NCBI GenBank assembly: GCA_963773065.1
Contig: CAVYZN010000006.1
Location: forward strand, 32,001-96,000
Direction: 5' to 3'
Length of the DNA: 64,000 nt
Source: an uncultured Gammaproteobacteria bacterium
GTDB taxonomy: Bacteria; Pseudomonadota; Gammaproteobacteria; UBA9214
The notes beneath the pieces were generated by a model, which saw only the letters and a list, made by a program, of their open reading frames with translations, searched no databases and was not told the DNA's origin. A program made the translations under genes and the position numbers. Shown here piece after piece: positions 52,482 through 63,319 of this stretch (positions within the stretch are counted from its first letter, which is position 1; every line of letters begins with the position of its first letter).

Positions 52482-53421
52482 ATGAAAGACCACGCCGTCT
52501 TCATCCAGACCAACCACAAGCAGATCGTCGGCGCTCTGGTGGCCGAGTATGCGTTGCGGCGCAATTCACGGCACGCCGACGCCTTCGATGTGCGGATCAT
52601 GCACACCCGGGATTACCCGTTTTTCGCCGCCCGCGAAGGCCAGCTCTACCTGCGCGACGGCGTCAAGCGCCCGTGGCTCAACGATGACCTGCAATCCTTC
52701 ACGCCGACGCGCTTCCTGCCGCCTGATCTGATGGGCTACCGGGGCCGCGCGGTGGTCATCGATCCGGACATCTTCGCCATCGCCGACATCTGGGAATTAC
52801 TAACGCGCGACATGAGGGCAAGGCCATCCTGTGCCGCCGCCGCGCCGGACCCAAGGGTCTGGTGGACCGCTGCCTGGCCAGCAGCGTCATGCTGCTCGAC
52901 TGCGCCAAACTCACCCACTGGCGTGTGGAGGAAGCGTTCAACGAACTGTTCGAATTCCGGCGCGACTATCAGCCCTGGATCTGCCTGCGCCTGGAGGACC
53001 GCGACACCATCGGTCTTTTTGAAGACGAATGGAACGACTTCGACCGGCTCACCGCGAAAACCAGAATGCTGCATGTCACGCGGCGGCGCACCCAGCCGTG
53101 GAAGGCCGGGCTGCCCATCGACTGGCGCCCGGCGGAGCGCTTCCGCCTGTTCCCCCCGTGGCCTGGCTGATGCGCGCCCGCCGCCGCCTGTTCGGTGAAT
53201 ACGGCCTGCTCGGCAACTACCGGGAACATCCGGACCTGAACCAGACCCGCCTGTTCTTCGGGCTGCTGAAGGAATGCCTCGACCGGGGCATCGTGACCGA
53301 GGCGATGTTGCGCGAGGAAATGCGCCAGAATCACGTGCGCCACGATGCCTTCCAGGTGCTCGCGCGCACCCCCGACCTGGCCCCTCCCGGCCAGCCACCA
53401 CTCAAACTCTCGGCGGCCTGA
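52482..53421 (+). CDS. GT-A fold glycosyltransferase (GT8-like), two frameshifts
   Basis: SFTPTRFLPP.LMGY.GRAVVIDPDIF (DxD), ASSVMLLDC, EWNDFD, LHVT...TQPWK. Confidence 0.65.
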
Positions 53422-53686
53422 ATTCCGCGCCTTCAGGTCCAGTGAAGCCGTACCCCCGTATCAGTACCCGATGATCCGTCAGATTCCTGACGGCGTCGAA
53501 CGCCGCCCTACTTGACCGGGATCATTCATGCGATTTATGCCCCGGGTGAACGGTGTAACAGACGATGCGGAAATTATAAAAGAGCGCCTGGAGACCGTGC
53601 CGGATGTGCATATCAATAAGATAACCTTTGGTTTATTATAAACTGTTAATATACTTGCGACGCCCATTGGCGCCGAACGGCTAAAA

Positions 53687-53857
53687 ATGCTCGACCTGTC
53701 AGTCATCATCGCGACATACAACCGCCGGCGCACCGTGGAATACATACTTCGGGCGCTGGAGAGGCAGTCGCTGCCCGGCATGCTGACAGTTCCGGCAGCA
53801 GGGTTTTGGGCAAGCCCTGCCACTGTGACTGGCCGGAAATACCTCAAGGGAATATGA
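53687..53857 (+). pseudogene. N-terminal remnant of a GT2 glycosyltransferase
   Basis: MLDLSVIIATYNRR...ILRALERQSL, after which similarity stops. Confidence 0.6.
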
Positions 53858-53861
53858 CAAA

Positions 53862-55130
53862 TTGAGCAATACCGACGACAGGCGGATAAATCTCTGCCTC
53901 GCCTCACCCTTATTTTACCCCACCTATGGCGGCTCGCAGCTGCGTTTTCTCCGTTATCTGCCTGGCTTCAGGGAGCGCGGTATCGATGTGCGGATTGTTT
54001 CGGGAACGCCGACTGTCGAGGATGTGACTGCGGGCGACAGCGCCGAGACCTGGAGCCGCTATCCTGCAGGCGCCGTCCTGCCGGTGGAAATTGTCAATGG
54101 TGCGCCCGTGACGCGCGTGCGGTTGCCCGATAGTGGCGGACTGCGCCGCTCCTTACATTACCTGCGAACCCTGTACCGTCACTGCAGGTTGCACAGGCCG
54201 GACGTGCTGCAGCTCTTTGGAACCCTGAGATACAACGCGGTACCCTGGCTGTGGCGCCTGCGCGCAATGGGCATTCCCTCGGTTTATGCCGTCACCATCA
54301 CCTCGAAGCTGTGCAACCAGCACAAGTCACCGCTGCGCCGCTGGCTGACGATGCGCAAGCTACGCAACCGCGCCCTGTTCAATGCGCTTGACTGCATCAT
54401 CGTCAACAACGCCAAGATGCGCGAGTTGATGCGGGAGATGGGGGTCACAAGCCGTATCGAGGTCATCCGCAACGGCGTGAACCTGCAGCGCTTCCACCCG
54501 GCTGAAAACCGGCAGGATTTCACGCGGATCCGGGAAGCACTGGGTATTGCCCGGGGGGAACTGATGGTGACCACCGTGGGCGCCGTGATGCCCCGCAAGG
54601 GGAGCGACCTGTTGCTGGAAGCCTGGAATCGCGTGCTCGAAAGCATGCCCGGTGTGCACCTGGTATTTGTCGGGCCACGCAAGGACCTTCAGGATCCCGG
54701 CCTGGGGGATTACAGGGCGCGGCTGGAGCAATTGATCGGCGACTCGGGCGCTCCCGGGCAGGTGCATTTCACCGGCCTGGTCGATAATGTTGAATCCTAT
54801 CTGCATGCGTCCGATGTCTTTGTGCTGCCGTCCCAGCGCGAAGGCATGCCGAACTGCGTCCTGGAGGCCATGGCCTGCGGCGTCCCGGTGATTATCACGC
54901 CTTTCTTCGGCCTGTCCGACGACTTGGGCAAGCCGGGCGAGCATTATCTGCTGGCCGATTTCAGCCCCGATTCGCTGGCGGAGGAGCTGCGCAGGCTGCT
55001 GCGGGACCCCGGTCTGCGCCAGCGTCTGGCGGATGCGGCCCTGCAGTGGATCAGGCAGACCATGGACCAGCAAGCCAGCCTCGACCGGTACGCCTCCCTG
55101 TATAAAGAGCTTGCCCGCAAGTACAAGTAG
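53862..55130 (+). CDS. GT4 glycosyltransferase
   Basis: FYPTYGG, IRNGVN, VGAVMPRKG, FVLPSQREGMPNCVLEAMACG. Confidence 0.92.
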   Translation: MSNTDDRRINLCLASPLFYPTYGGSQLRFLRYLPGFRERGIDVRIVSGTPTVEDVTAGDSAETWSRYPAGAVLPVEIVNGAPVTRVRLPDSGGLRRSLHYLRTLYRHCRLHRPDVLQLFGTLRYNAVPWLWRLRAMGIPSVYAVTITSKLCNQHKSPLRRWLTMRKLRNRALFNALDCIIVNNAKMRELMREMGVTSRIEVIRNGVNLQRFHPAENRQDFTRIREALGIARGELMVTTVGAVMPRKGSDLLLEAWNRVLESMPGVHLVFVGPRKDLQDPGLGDYRARLEQLIGDSGAPGQVHFTGLVDNVESYLHASDVFVLPSQREGMPNCVLEAMACGVPVIITPFFGLSDDLGKPGEHYLLADFSPDSLAEELRRLLRDPGLRQRLADAALQWIRQTMDQQASLDRYASLYKELARKYK

Positions 55131-55158
55131 ATCTGTGAGTTCTGAAGGTTCTGCCATA

Positions 55159-56387
55159 GTGAGCGAAAACTCCTGCCATATCGCCATTCTACTGAAATCC
55201 CTGCGGGGCGGCGGAGCGGAGCGCGTGCTGCTGACACTGGCGGCCGAATTCGCAAGGCGGGGACACCGTGTCGAGCTGCTCCTGGGGCAAATGCACGGTC
55301 CGCTAAAGAAGGCGCTTCCCGGGGGCGTCGAAGTGCGCGAACTCGAGGTGTGTTCGCTGCCGCGTCTCGTCCCTGCGCTCGCACGGCTGCCGCGGCAGGA
55401 CTGGGCAGGGTCAGTCGCAATGCTGCTGAAGAAGGTCCCGAAAATCGTTCGCACGCTGCCGGCACTGGAAGGCTATCTCAGGGAGCGGCGCCCCAATGTC
55501 CTGCTTTCTACGCTGCCCAAGGCCAACATCGTGGCAGCCTGGGCCCGCCGACTCGCGGCGACCGACACTGCGCTGGTGTTGCGGGAAGCAAACCAGTTTT
55601 CCGTGGCGCTGAATCCGGACAACAAATTCGACCGGCTGCTGCCGAAGCTTGCGCGCCGCTGGTACTGGGAGGCGGACGGCATCATTGCCGTTTCGGAGGG
55701 GGTGCGCGCGGATCTGGCCGCTACCCTGGCAATTCCGGCCGGCGAGATCGTGCCGATACTCAATCCCGTCGACGCTGTCGCGTATACGGGACCCTGTGCC
55801 AGCAGAGACCGGCGGAAGCGGACGAATGGCCGCCCGCGGAGCCGTTCGTGCTGGCGGTCGGCAAGCTGACGCCACAAAAGGACTACGATACCCTGCTCAG
55901 GGCGTTTGCGCGGGTCCGCGAAAAGCACCCTGTGCGTCTCGTCATCCTGGGCGAAGGCCAGGAAGAGGGCAGGCTGCGGTCACTGGCTGCAGAGCTGGGC
56001 ATTGCCGAACAGGTGCAACTGCCGGGGCACGTCGACAATCCCTATGCCTATATGCGGCAGGCAAGTATGTTCGTGCTGTCGTCGGCCTGGGAGGGCTGCC
56101 CCAATGTGCTGCTCGAGGCGCTGGCCTGCGGAAGCCCCGTTGTGAGTACCGACTGCCCCAGTGGTCCGAAAGAGATACTCGCGAATGGCAAATACGGTAA
56201 ACTGGTGCCGGTCCGCGACGAGGCGGCGCTGGCGTCAGCAATGGAGGCAGTCCTCGATGGCGACGCAATACGATACTCGCCCGCGACTGCTCTCGGGGAT
56301 TACACCATCGAACGGGTTGCGGACCGCTACCTGGAGGTGTTCGAACGCGCCATGGCCGGACAGTCTTCCAGGAGAATACGCCGATAA
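55159..56387 (+). CDS. GT4 glycosyltransferase (frameshift near 55780)
   Basis: LRGGGAERV, IAVSEGV, VGKLTPQKD, FVLSSAWEGCPNVLLEALACG, STDCPSGP.EIL. Confidence 0.9.
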
Positions 56388-57601
56388 TTGTCAACCGCTT
56401 TCTCAACAGAAAACTCGCCCCCTCTCGAACGCAGAAAGTCCTTATCCTTCGGAGCGTCCAGCGTCCTGCAGATAGCATCGGCTAACTTGCATGCATCACC
56501 AACCGGTACCAGCTCTCCGTATTTGCCATTGTCCAGGATTTCGGCAGGGCCGCTGGGGCAATCCGTACTCACAACCTGGCAGCCACATAGCAGCGCCTCG
56601 ACCAGTACATTACCAAAACCCTCATAATCGGACGATAAAACAAACACGGCCGCCCTGTTGAGATAGGCAAACGGATTATCGACAAAACCCGGCATATCGA
56701 AATCAGGTTCCACACCAAGACGCCTGGCTTGCGCAATCAATGCCTGCCGAAGGCATCGTTGTTTATCCGACGTTACATTACCGCCCAGCAAAACAAGGCG
56801 TACATCGCGTTGCTGCCTTACCTTGGCAAATGCATCCAGCAACAGCGGAAAGTTTTTCTCTGCGGCAAAACGACCCATCCCGAGAATGACCGGTGCGCCA
56901 TCTGCCCCGAACCAGGGATGGTCCGGCACCGCCTCGCATAAAACACGTATATCCCGGGTCGCTATGGGATTATAGACACTGGTTACCCGTTCCCGAAGCA
57001 GACCAAGATATTCACTAACATCCTTTTCCGCACCCCGGGAAACGGCAATAACTACATCTGCCTGATGGTAATACCTGCGGATCATGGTCAACCAGTAGTT
57101 ATCAAGCATCTCATTCTCTTCTTTAGCCATTCGGCTCTGGGCGGAATAATTCACATGCACACCGACAGCGATGCGTGTAGCCCCGCCGCGGCTCCGTCCA
57201 GCCAGAACGGCATTGATGTTTGATTTCGGCAAGGCAGACAGCAGCGCTTGCGGTTGACGCGCCTTGAGATATTTGATAATTGCCGTCAGGGACTTGAAGG
57301 TACCGGGAAGCTTGCCCGTGCTGGCGAACATCGCCAGAACGGGCTTTACGCAGCCAGGGTCGACAAAAAATGCAGCAACCACGCCGCGCAATGACGACGT
57401 AGCCCTGAGTTGGACCAGATTGACATTGGGTGGTATCCGGTCCTTCAGTTCCCCTTTCATTTTGCAGACCAGGAGGTCCACGACATAGCCTGCGGAGGCA
57501 AAACCACTCGCCAGGTTCAGAATCACTCTCTCGGCACCACCCCCCGAGAGGTTATCCAGTAGAAAGGCAATACGCACTGGCTGTGTATTTTGGGCGGTCA
57601 A
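56327..57601 (-). CDS. GT4 glycosyltransferase
   Basis: LSGGGAERV, IAVSRG, GRF..EKNF, FVLSSDYEGFGNVLVEAL.CG, STDCPSGP.EIL. Confidence 0.92.
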   Translation of the reverse strand: MTAQNTQPVRIAFLLDNLSGGGAERVILNLASGFASAGYVVDLLVCKMKGELKDRIPPNVNLVQLRATSSLRGVVAAFFVDPGCVKPVLAMFASTGKLPGTFKSLTAIIKYLKARQPQALLSALPKSNINAVLAGRSRGGATRIAVGVHVNYSAQSRMAKEENEMLDNYWLTMIRRYYHQADVVIAVSRGAEKDVSEYLGLLRERVTSVYNPIATRDIRVLCEAVPDHPWFGADGAPVILGMGRFAAEKNFPLLLDAFAKVRQQRDVRLVLLGGNVTSDKQRCLRQALIAQARRLGVEPDFDMPGFVDNPFAYLNRAAVFVLSSDYEGFGNVLVEALLCGCQVVSTDCPSGPAEILDNGKYGELVPVGDACKLADAICRTLDAPKDKDFLRSRGGEFSVEKAVDNYRRILLEDCPAMARSNTSR

Positions 57602-57787
57602 CTGCCGGCTACTCTCCGCTAAATCTGTCCATTACGAGAGCTGACAGTGCATCCCTGTTTGGTAGTGTCAGGAATATTTCGCAGCCACACGGGTCCCGGG
57701 CAGGTCGAGATCCCGCAGCAAATACATTTTGAGGCAGTGTTTCGTTCCTCATTGGATATCGGCAGTGATCTTTATTGTGGAGTGGGG

Positions 57788-59038
57788 TTAGCGTGAATAT
57801 GCCGTGTTCTCTCCTGTATCATGCTCGCTACCCGTATCTGTATCCGCCAGCCTCCTGGATGGCGTTTGATAACTGATCAACAGTGCCAATGGAAACCAGA
57901 AGAGCATCCATTGATCCCGTGGTCGCGAAATAAGGCTATTAACGCCTGTCTGCATGACCAATACGCAAAACACCAGTATAGCGAGAATAGTGAAGTTTCC
58001 AGTCTCTTTGCCGAGGCGATGGGCGTGCCACAAGGCGCTGCCAATCAGCAGCAGTAGTAATCCCATCCCGATTATGCCGCCTTGCCAGAGTGCCTGGAGA
58101 AATGCATTATGTCCGATCCCGAAATCACTTCCATCGACAAGATAACTCATCGGAGTAATCAGTCCCTGGCCAAAAAACGGTGCTTGCCGGATATCCACGA
58201 GCATGGCCTGCCAGATCAAGGGCCGTATACCCGCTCCACGGGTCCATGCCATTTCCAGCGGATTCGGGAATATGGCGATCAGTAACACCAGTGCGCAGGC
58301 TGTCATTATGGCGACCCATGTCTTGTTATGCTTCTCGCCAATAAAGGCAAGAAGGAACAGGGCTGCGAACAGGGACGCGAAGGCGGTTCGGCTTTGACCA
58401 AACCAGATAAGACAGATGAAGCAGAGTACCGCCAGTGTGTACAAGACTCGCGCATATTTCATTTCTGCCTTCAGCCCGTAGCCCGTTGCCAGCAGGGCAA
58501 ATACGCCAAGTACATTGGCGTATTCATTAACGTTGGTCAGGGACCCTATACCCTCTGCCCGGGCCGTCGGGACGCTATGGGTGTGATAAGAGGCGATCAG
58601 GGAGGCCACGGCTGCAACGGCTGCAACGGCTGCAACGGCAATGCAAACGCGGAGCATGTGGTGGAAACCGGTTGGAAAACGAGTGCGCAGTACGTGGGTA
58701 ACCGCAAAAAAGGTCAGCAGGTAAAATGATATGGTCAGCATCTGTCCAAACCGGTAAAGTTCGAACGGGCTACTCCATGCGGCTGTCGTAAGCATATACA
58801 GCATGTACAAGATCGCTATCTTGAATACGGGGTGGTGTCGTGTCTCCCTCAGGCCATCCCCGAGCACAAGAATTCCGGGAATGACAACTGCTTTGGCGTA
58901 GAACCTGTAGTGGTCGTTGTAGTCGGGGAACAGGTAGTAGCCGATGGTGAATAAGAAGTAAGTAAACAATAGCACCCAGAGCATCAGCGGCTTCACTCGT
59001 TGGTAGATGCTGGATGCAGATATCTTCATTGCGTGCAT
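57788..59038 (-). CDS. O-antigen ligase (Wzy_C/WaaL) family protein
   Basis: Multi-TM; GQSRTA, R..IW, PFFGQG, GHNAFLQ....GGIIG. Confidence 0.8.
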   Translation of the reverse strand: MHAMKISASSIYQRVKPLMLWVLLFTYFLFTIGYYLFPDYNDHYRFYAKAVVIPGILVLGDGLRETRHHPVFKIAILYMLYMLTTAAWSSPFELYRFGQMLTISFYLLTFFAVTHVLRTRFPTGFHHMLRVCIAVAAVAAVAAVASLIASYHTHSVPTARAEGIGSLTNVNEYANVLGVFALLATGYGLKAEMKYARVLYTLAVLCFICLIWFGQSRTAFASLFAALFLLAFIGEKHNKTWVAIMTACALVLLIAIFPNPLEMAWTRGAGIRPLIWQAMLVDIRQAPFFGQGLITPMSYLVDGSDFGIGHNAFLQALWQGGIIGMGLLLLLIGSALWHAHRLGKETGNFTILAILVFCVLVMQTGVNSLISRPRDQWMLFWFPLALLISYQTPSRRLADTDTGSEHDTGENTAYSR

Positions 59039-59109
59039 GGCATGCGGATAATATGTTCAATATCCCCATGCGTAAAGCGTGCCGGGCGAGAAGTCCCGTT
59101 CTTTCCATT

Positions 59110-59340
59110 TTACCACCACTTCCAACCCCACCGCGAAAAGAACCGGGCTGCAGAAGTAACAAACATGGCAATATGCCTGCCCCCCTTTCTGGCTGCATTC
59201 CCGCCACTGTGGGTAATACATATTGAGGGTACATAGGCAATGCTTGCAATACCTTTCATTCGCATACACATGTCGAAATCTTCAAAATACAGGAAGTAAC
59301 GTTCATCGAAACCACCCAGCCTTTTCAGTACCTCGGTACG
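59110..59340 (-). pseudogene. C-terminal remnant of a GT2 (WbbL-like) glycosyltransferase
   Basis: Manual translation RTEVLKRLGGFDERYFLYFEDFDMC.R...YVPSICITHSGGNAARKG...RFFSRWGWKWW*. Confidence 0.75.
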
Positions 59341-59524
59341 CCGCAGATCGCAGCCTCGGCCCTCCCGCCTTCGCCAAGCCGATCATCCACCGGCCTCGTA
59401 TACAGTGTTCCCCTGTTCCCCCGAGTTCCGACCCGTTCGAGACCCTTTCCCCGTCTCGGGAAGTCCCGACAACCGGGCCCGACAACCGCCTCTGTAGATC
59501 GAAAAACCCGTTGAATCGCCTACA

Positions 59525-59695
59525 ACCCAGGGCCATGCAGATTGCAATCCCTCCGGTGCGGGGTATAGGCGTAGCGTGCAGAGACCGCTCGTTGGGCAGG
59601 TCAAGAATCCGGATAGGTGAATCAAACCGGGTCAGCCGCCGAGTCAGGGCTGCGGATAGCAGGTCTATCATCCCAGCTACAACTACAACAAGCAT
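59525..59695 (-). pseudogene. N-terminal remnant of a MraY/WbpL-type initiating transferase
   Basis: ILDLPNERSLHATPIPRTGGIAI, then an abrupt loss of similarity. Confidence 0.7.
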
Positions 59696-59773
59696 CTTGA
59701 TGACAATCCTATGGCATGTTCACAATGCGTGGGCCCACATATCACTGACATCGACAAGCGCATCATGGGCCAG

Positions 59774-60184
59774 TCACGCCACCAGTATGACCACGATGGC
59801 GGCCCGTCTCAGCCAGTGCACGAATATACTCGGATGCACCGCGGCCGTGATCGCCGTCGAATCGAACAACATGCGACAACTTACCTGTGCTCCATGTGCA
59901 AGCCTGTCCCGCAGGGTATCGTCGGTCAGGATACGCCGCATGGCTGCAGCGAGCGCGTCGGCAGACCGTGGCTCCACCAACAGACCTGTCTCACCATCCA
60001 CGATCGCATCCACCAAGCCAACAATACGTGTTCCTATTGTGGGAACACCCATGGCGGCCGCCTCGACCACAATAGTACCAAAGCCTTCCCGATAACTCGG
60101 CAGACAGAGGACATCCGCTATGGCCAGTACTCGCTCGGGTTCATCTGTGAAGCCCACATAATGCACGCTCGATTTTGAGCGCAT
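59774..60184 (-). pseudogene. C-terminal remnant of a GT4 glycosyltransferase
   Basis: DVLCLPSYREGFGTIVVEAAAMGVP, DAIVDGETGLLV; N-terminal domain absent. Confidence 0.75.
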
Positions 60185-60484
60185 TCTACAACAACAAGTG
60201 TGTCGCTACTCTCGTGAAGCATTTCGGCCATCCTGTCCCCGAAATGCACTCGACTGACGCGACAGCCGATAAGCCCCGGCACGTCCTGCGGCTGAGAAAC
60301 GCCACAGTGATTTAACGGCGCTATAGGGCTGGCTGCTGCGCCCGCCAGCCCCGCGCCTACCGGGGTGGGCTCCTCGCCTCGGCCTGAGGCCTTCCATGGC
60401 TCGTCAAGTGAGATCGCAACAAGCACAGGATTACCGTTTGGCAATCATTTGACCGGCAAAATCACGCGCTGGTGACCAATACCT

Positions 60485-61233
60485 TCATATGTGGAAGTAT
60501 TCCAGCAGCTTGGCCGGGTACTTGGAGAGAATCTTCAGCATGTTAGTTTTGATGCTATTTTCCCTGCAGGCGCGAAGAACTTCCCGATTAAGCAGGAGAG
60601 TGTTGCGCCAGCCACCTGTGCTGATGCCGCCGGTTCGCATCCGCACCAGCACTTCCGGAAGATGGCGGTAACGCAGCGTGTTTTTTCCGAAGGCACGGGC
60701 AACGAACTCAAAATCGCCTGCGATGCGGTAGTCCGTGCGAAACGCCCCGATCCGTTGGAACAAATCCCTTCGCACAAACATCGCTGGATGGGCTGGCATC
60801 CAACCCCATTTGATGCGTTCTGGTCGAAAACGCGCTGAAGAATAACGACGTAAAGTGCAGCCTGATTCTCCGAACGGAAAAACACCACATCACCGAACAG
60901 GGCGTCTAGGTGCTCACGCTCCATAACCTCAGCCACCGCAGCGAGAACGTTCTGATGGGCATAGACATCGTCGGCATTGAGGAATCCGATCACATCCCCG
61001 CTGGCCAGTGCAATACCCTTGTTCATCGCATCGTAGATGCCATGATCAGGCTCGGAGACGAACTTGCTTACGCACCTCCCGTGCCGCGCCACAACATCCT
61101 GAGTGCCATCAGTGGATGCCCCGTCCACTACGATGTACTCCACCTCGTCATGGTTCTGCGCGGACACCGAACGCAGGGTGTCTTCAATGGTTTGCGCGCT
61201 GTTATGGCAAACCGTGATTATAGAAAATCTCAT
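60485..61233 (-). CDS. GT2 glycosyltransferase, WcaE-like (frameshift near 60850)
   Basis: FSIITVC.N, IVVDGASTDGT, SEPD.GIYDAMNKG, GFLNADD; MPAHPAMF, YRIAGDFE, MRTGGIS. Confidence 0.88.
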
Positions 61234-61263
61234 AACATTGAATCTTTCGGTTCAAGTGCGCGG

Positions 61264-62009
61264 TCATGACACATTTTTCCGGCGCCTGTTCAAGAAATGA
61301 TGAAGGCCGCGCAGAAGCAGATTCCTGGCTAGACGCCAGCGCCAAGTAATTTTTTGCATGACGGGTGCGCCAACCGAGGGACTTAGGTTGCTTCCATGAC
61401 GGCGATAAGCGATGAGCGGCTGGTCGATGTAATGAGTCTTGCCGAAAATTTCATTGACCAAACCAAACCACATATCGTGCATCGGCACATCATCAGGAAT
61501 GGGTAAAAAACGATCCAGCATCGATCGCCGAAAAGCCATAGTGCAGCCGAGATATTTGTTCTTGAGCAGGTTGGGTAAAACACCCGCGACAAAGCGCCCA
61601 CGCTGCGCAAAAAAAGACTGGGCAACGACGCAACCCGACTCGTCAATGATCTGGGATCGCTGACCACAAGCGTTATTTCCGGGTTTAACGAAAACACTGC
61701 GATGATTTTGTCCACCTTTCCTGGCAACCACAGATCATCCTGATCGCTCAGAAACACAATGTCACCCTGTGCTAGCCTCAAGCCCTTCTCAAACGTAGCC
61801 AAAACGCCCAGATTTTTCTCATTGCGATGCACATGCAGCCTGGTGTCAGACAAACTGCGCAACAGTTTTTCCGATTCGTCTTGCGAGGCATCATCCACAA
61901 TCACAAGTTCATCATCCTCCCGCAACTGCGTCAGGATGGAATGCATTTGAGGTAGAAGATGAGCTGCGCCATTGTAAACGGCCATGCAGACGGATATTTT
62001 CATTTCCAT
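61264..62009 (-). CDS. GT2 glycosyltransferase (frameshift near 61640)
   Basis: ISVCMAVYNG, VDDASQD, FLSDQDDLW; GCTMAFRR, MHDMW, YRRHG.N.S. Confidence 0.88.
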
Positions 62010-62012
62010 GAC

Positions 62013-63319
62013 CTACGCGGCACGTCGATCGAAAAACCGGGCCAGCCTTTCACTCCCCCAGGAAGGAAAGTCGCGACTCTGATCGCTGCTCGCCGTCCGA
62101 GCATCCAATGACCCCACGGCAACCATTGCGATCATTACGACTGACATACCAATGGGATTAGTCAGGAAAGGGTTAGTGAAACTCACCACATACACAAAAG
62201 CAGCTGCCATGAAATAGGGCATAGCAAGAGACCGGCGCTCCGCATCGCGGATAACGCGCATTCGCCAAGCCAAATAAACGGCCGGCAGAAACCAGAAGAT
62301 AATTCCTGCTATACCCTGCTTAATAAAACACATTGGGTACGACATCTCGATGATCTGTCGGCCAAAAACATCAGCACCAAAACCTCGTCCGAACAGCACC
62401 GTTATTACACCTGCCATTGCCTTTGGCGCACCTGCCATTGCCTTTGGCGCATCTGCCATTGCTTTTGACGCATCTACCATTGCCTTTAGATCATTCATGC
62501 GTATCGCATTCGATTGCGCTGCAGACGGTAACGCCTCATTGATGCTTACAGCACCCATAACACCCGCAAGCAGAAATCCAGCCGCAAGCGCTGTTCCTTT
62601 GAGCCGATCGTCAGGGCCACCCGTGTAAAAAAACGCCCACGCCGCCAAAACCATAAAAACAGCCAGCCACATGCCGCGCGTCATGGTCAGCGCAATCGTC
62701 AGCAACAGCATCAGCACCGCGCCACTCCAGTTCCGATTTTTTTCTACTATGAAAAAAAACACCCCAACGCCAACATACAACTCCGCCTTGAAGAAAAATG
62801 TGGTGCCCCCCCGAAACAGGAATTCAGCCTCAGCCGTATGGGCAGGGTTCAGCCAATCGTACATTTGCACGGTTGTCAGAAAACCAAATTTCCAGATCGC
62901 CATAACGATCAGATACAAGATTGCGAGGGACAAGGCTGAGAACTTCAAGAGCCTGCCAACGAGCAACACATCATTCACACTACGCACGGTGATAGCGAAA
63001 AACGGCAACAGCAAGAAATAGGCAAGCGGCTTGAAATCTTTGAGCGCCGCCAAGACAGGTTGATTCTCCAGAGTCGAGATGAATGCGGAAACACCACTCA
63101 GGGCAACAAATACCCCAGTCAAGAAAACAAACTCGCGTGGTGTTTTTTCCCGAAGCAAAAGAGCCACCGCCGTATACGCCAACCCAAGACCGAACAACAC
63201 CATGCGCGGAGAAACCAAGCCGGTATCGAACAATCTGCCGCCACCGCCCAAGCTCACTTCAAGAATGATGAGCATCAACAATATTCTTCCGAGAGTCGCG
63301 GGGGGGGCGTGAGAAACAT
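62013..63319 (-). CDS. Wzy-like O-antigen polymerase (probable frameshift in the G tract at about 63300)
   Basis: Multi-TM; LGGGGR, LTMTRGMW, LFGRGFG, TNPFLTNPIG; ATG at 63319 overlaps the upstream stop. Confidence 0.7.
62408..62487. repeat. In-frame 21 bp tandem repeat (about 3.8 copies)
   Basis: CACCTGCCATTGCCTTTGGCG x2 plus two diverged copies; encodes KAMVDAS-KAMADAP-KAMAGAP-KAMAGV. Confidence 0.9.

Noticed and set aside
59223-60095. 290 aa plus-strand ORF
   Set aside because: It spans the antisense of three unrelated gene fragments and has no recognisable domain.
63300-63307. Phase-variable poly-G tract at the start of the Wzy-like gene
   Set aside because: The tract is short and cannot be separated from the homopolymer errors seen throughout; read-level data are needed.
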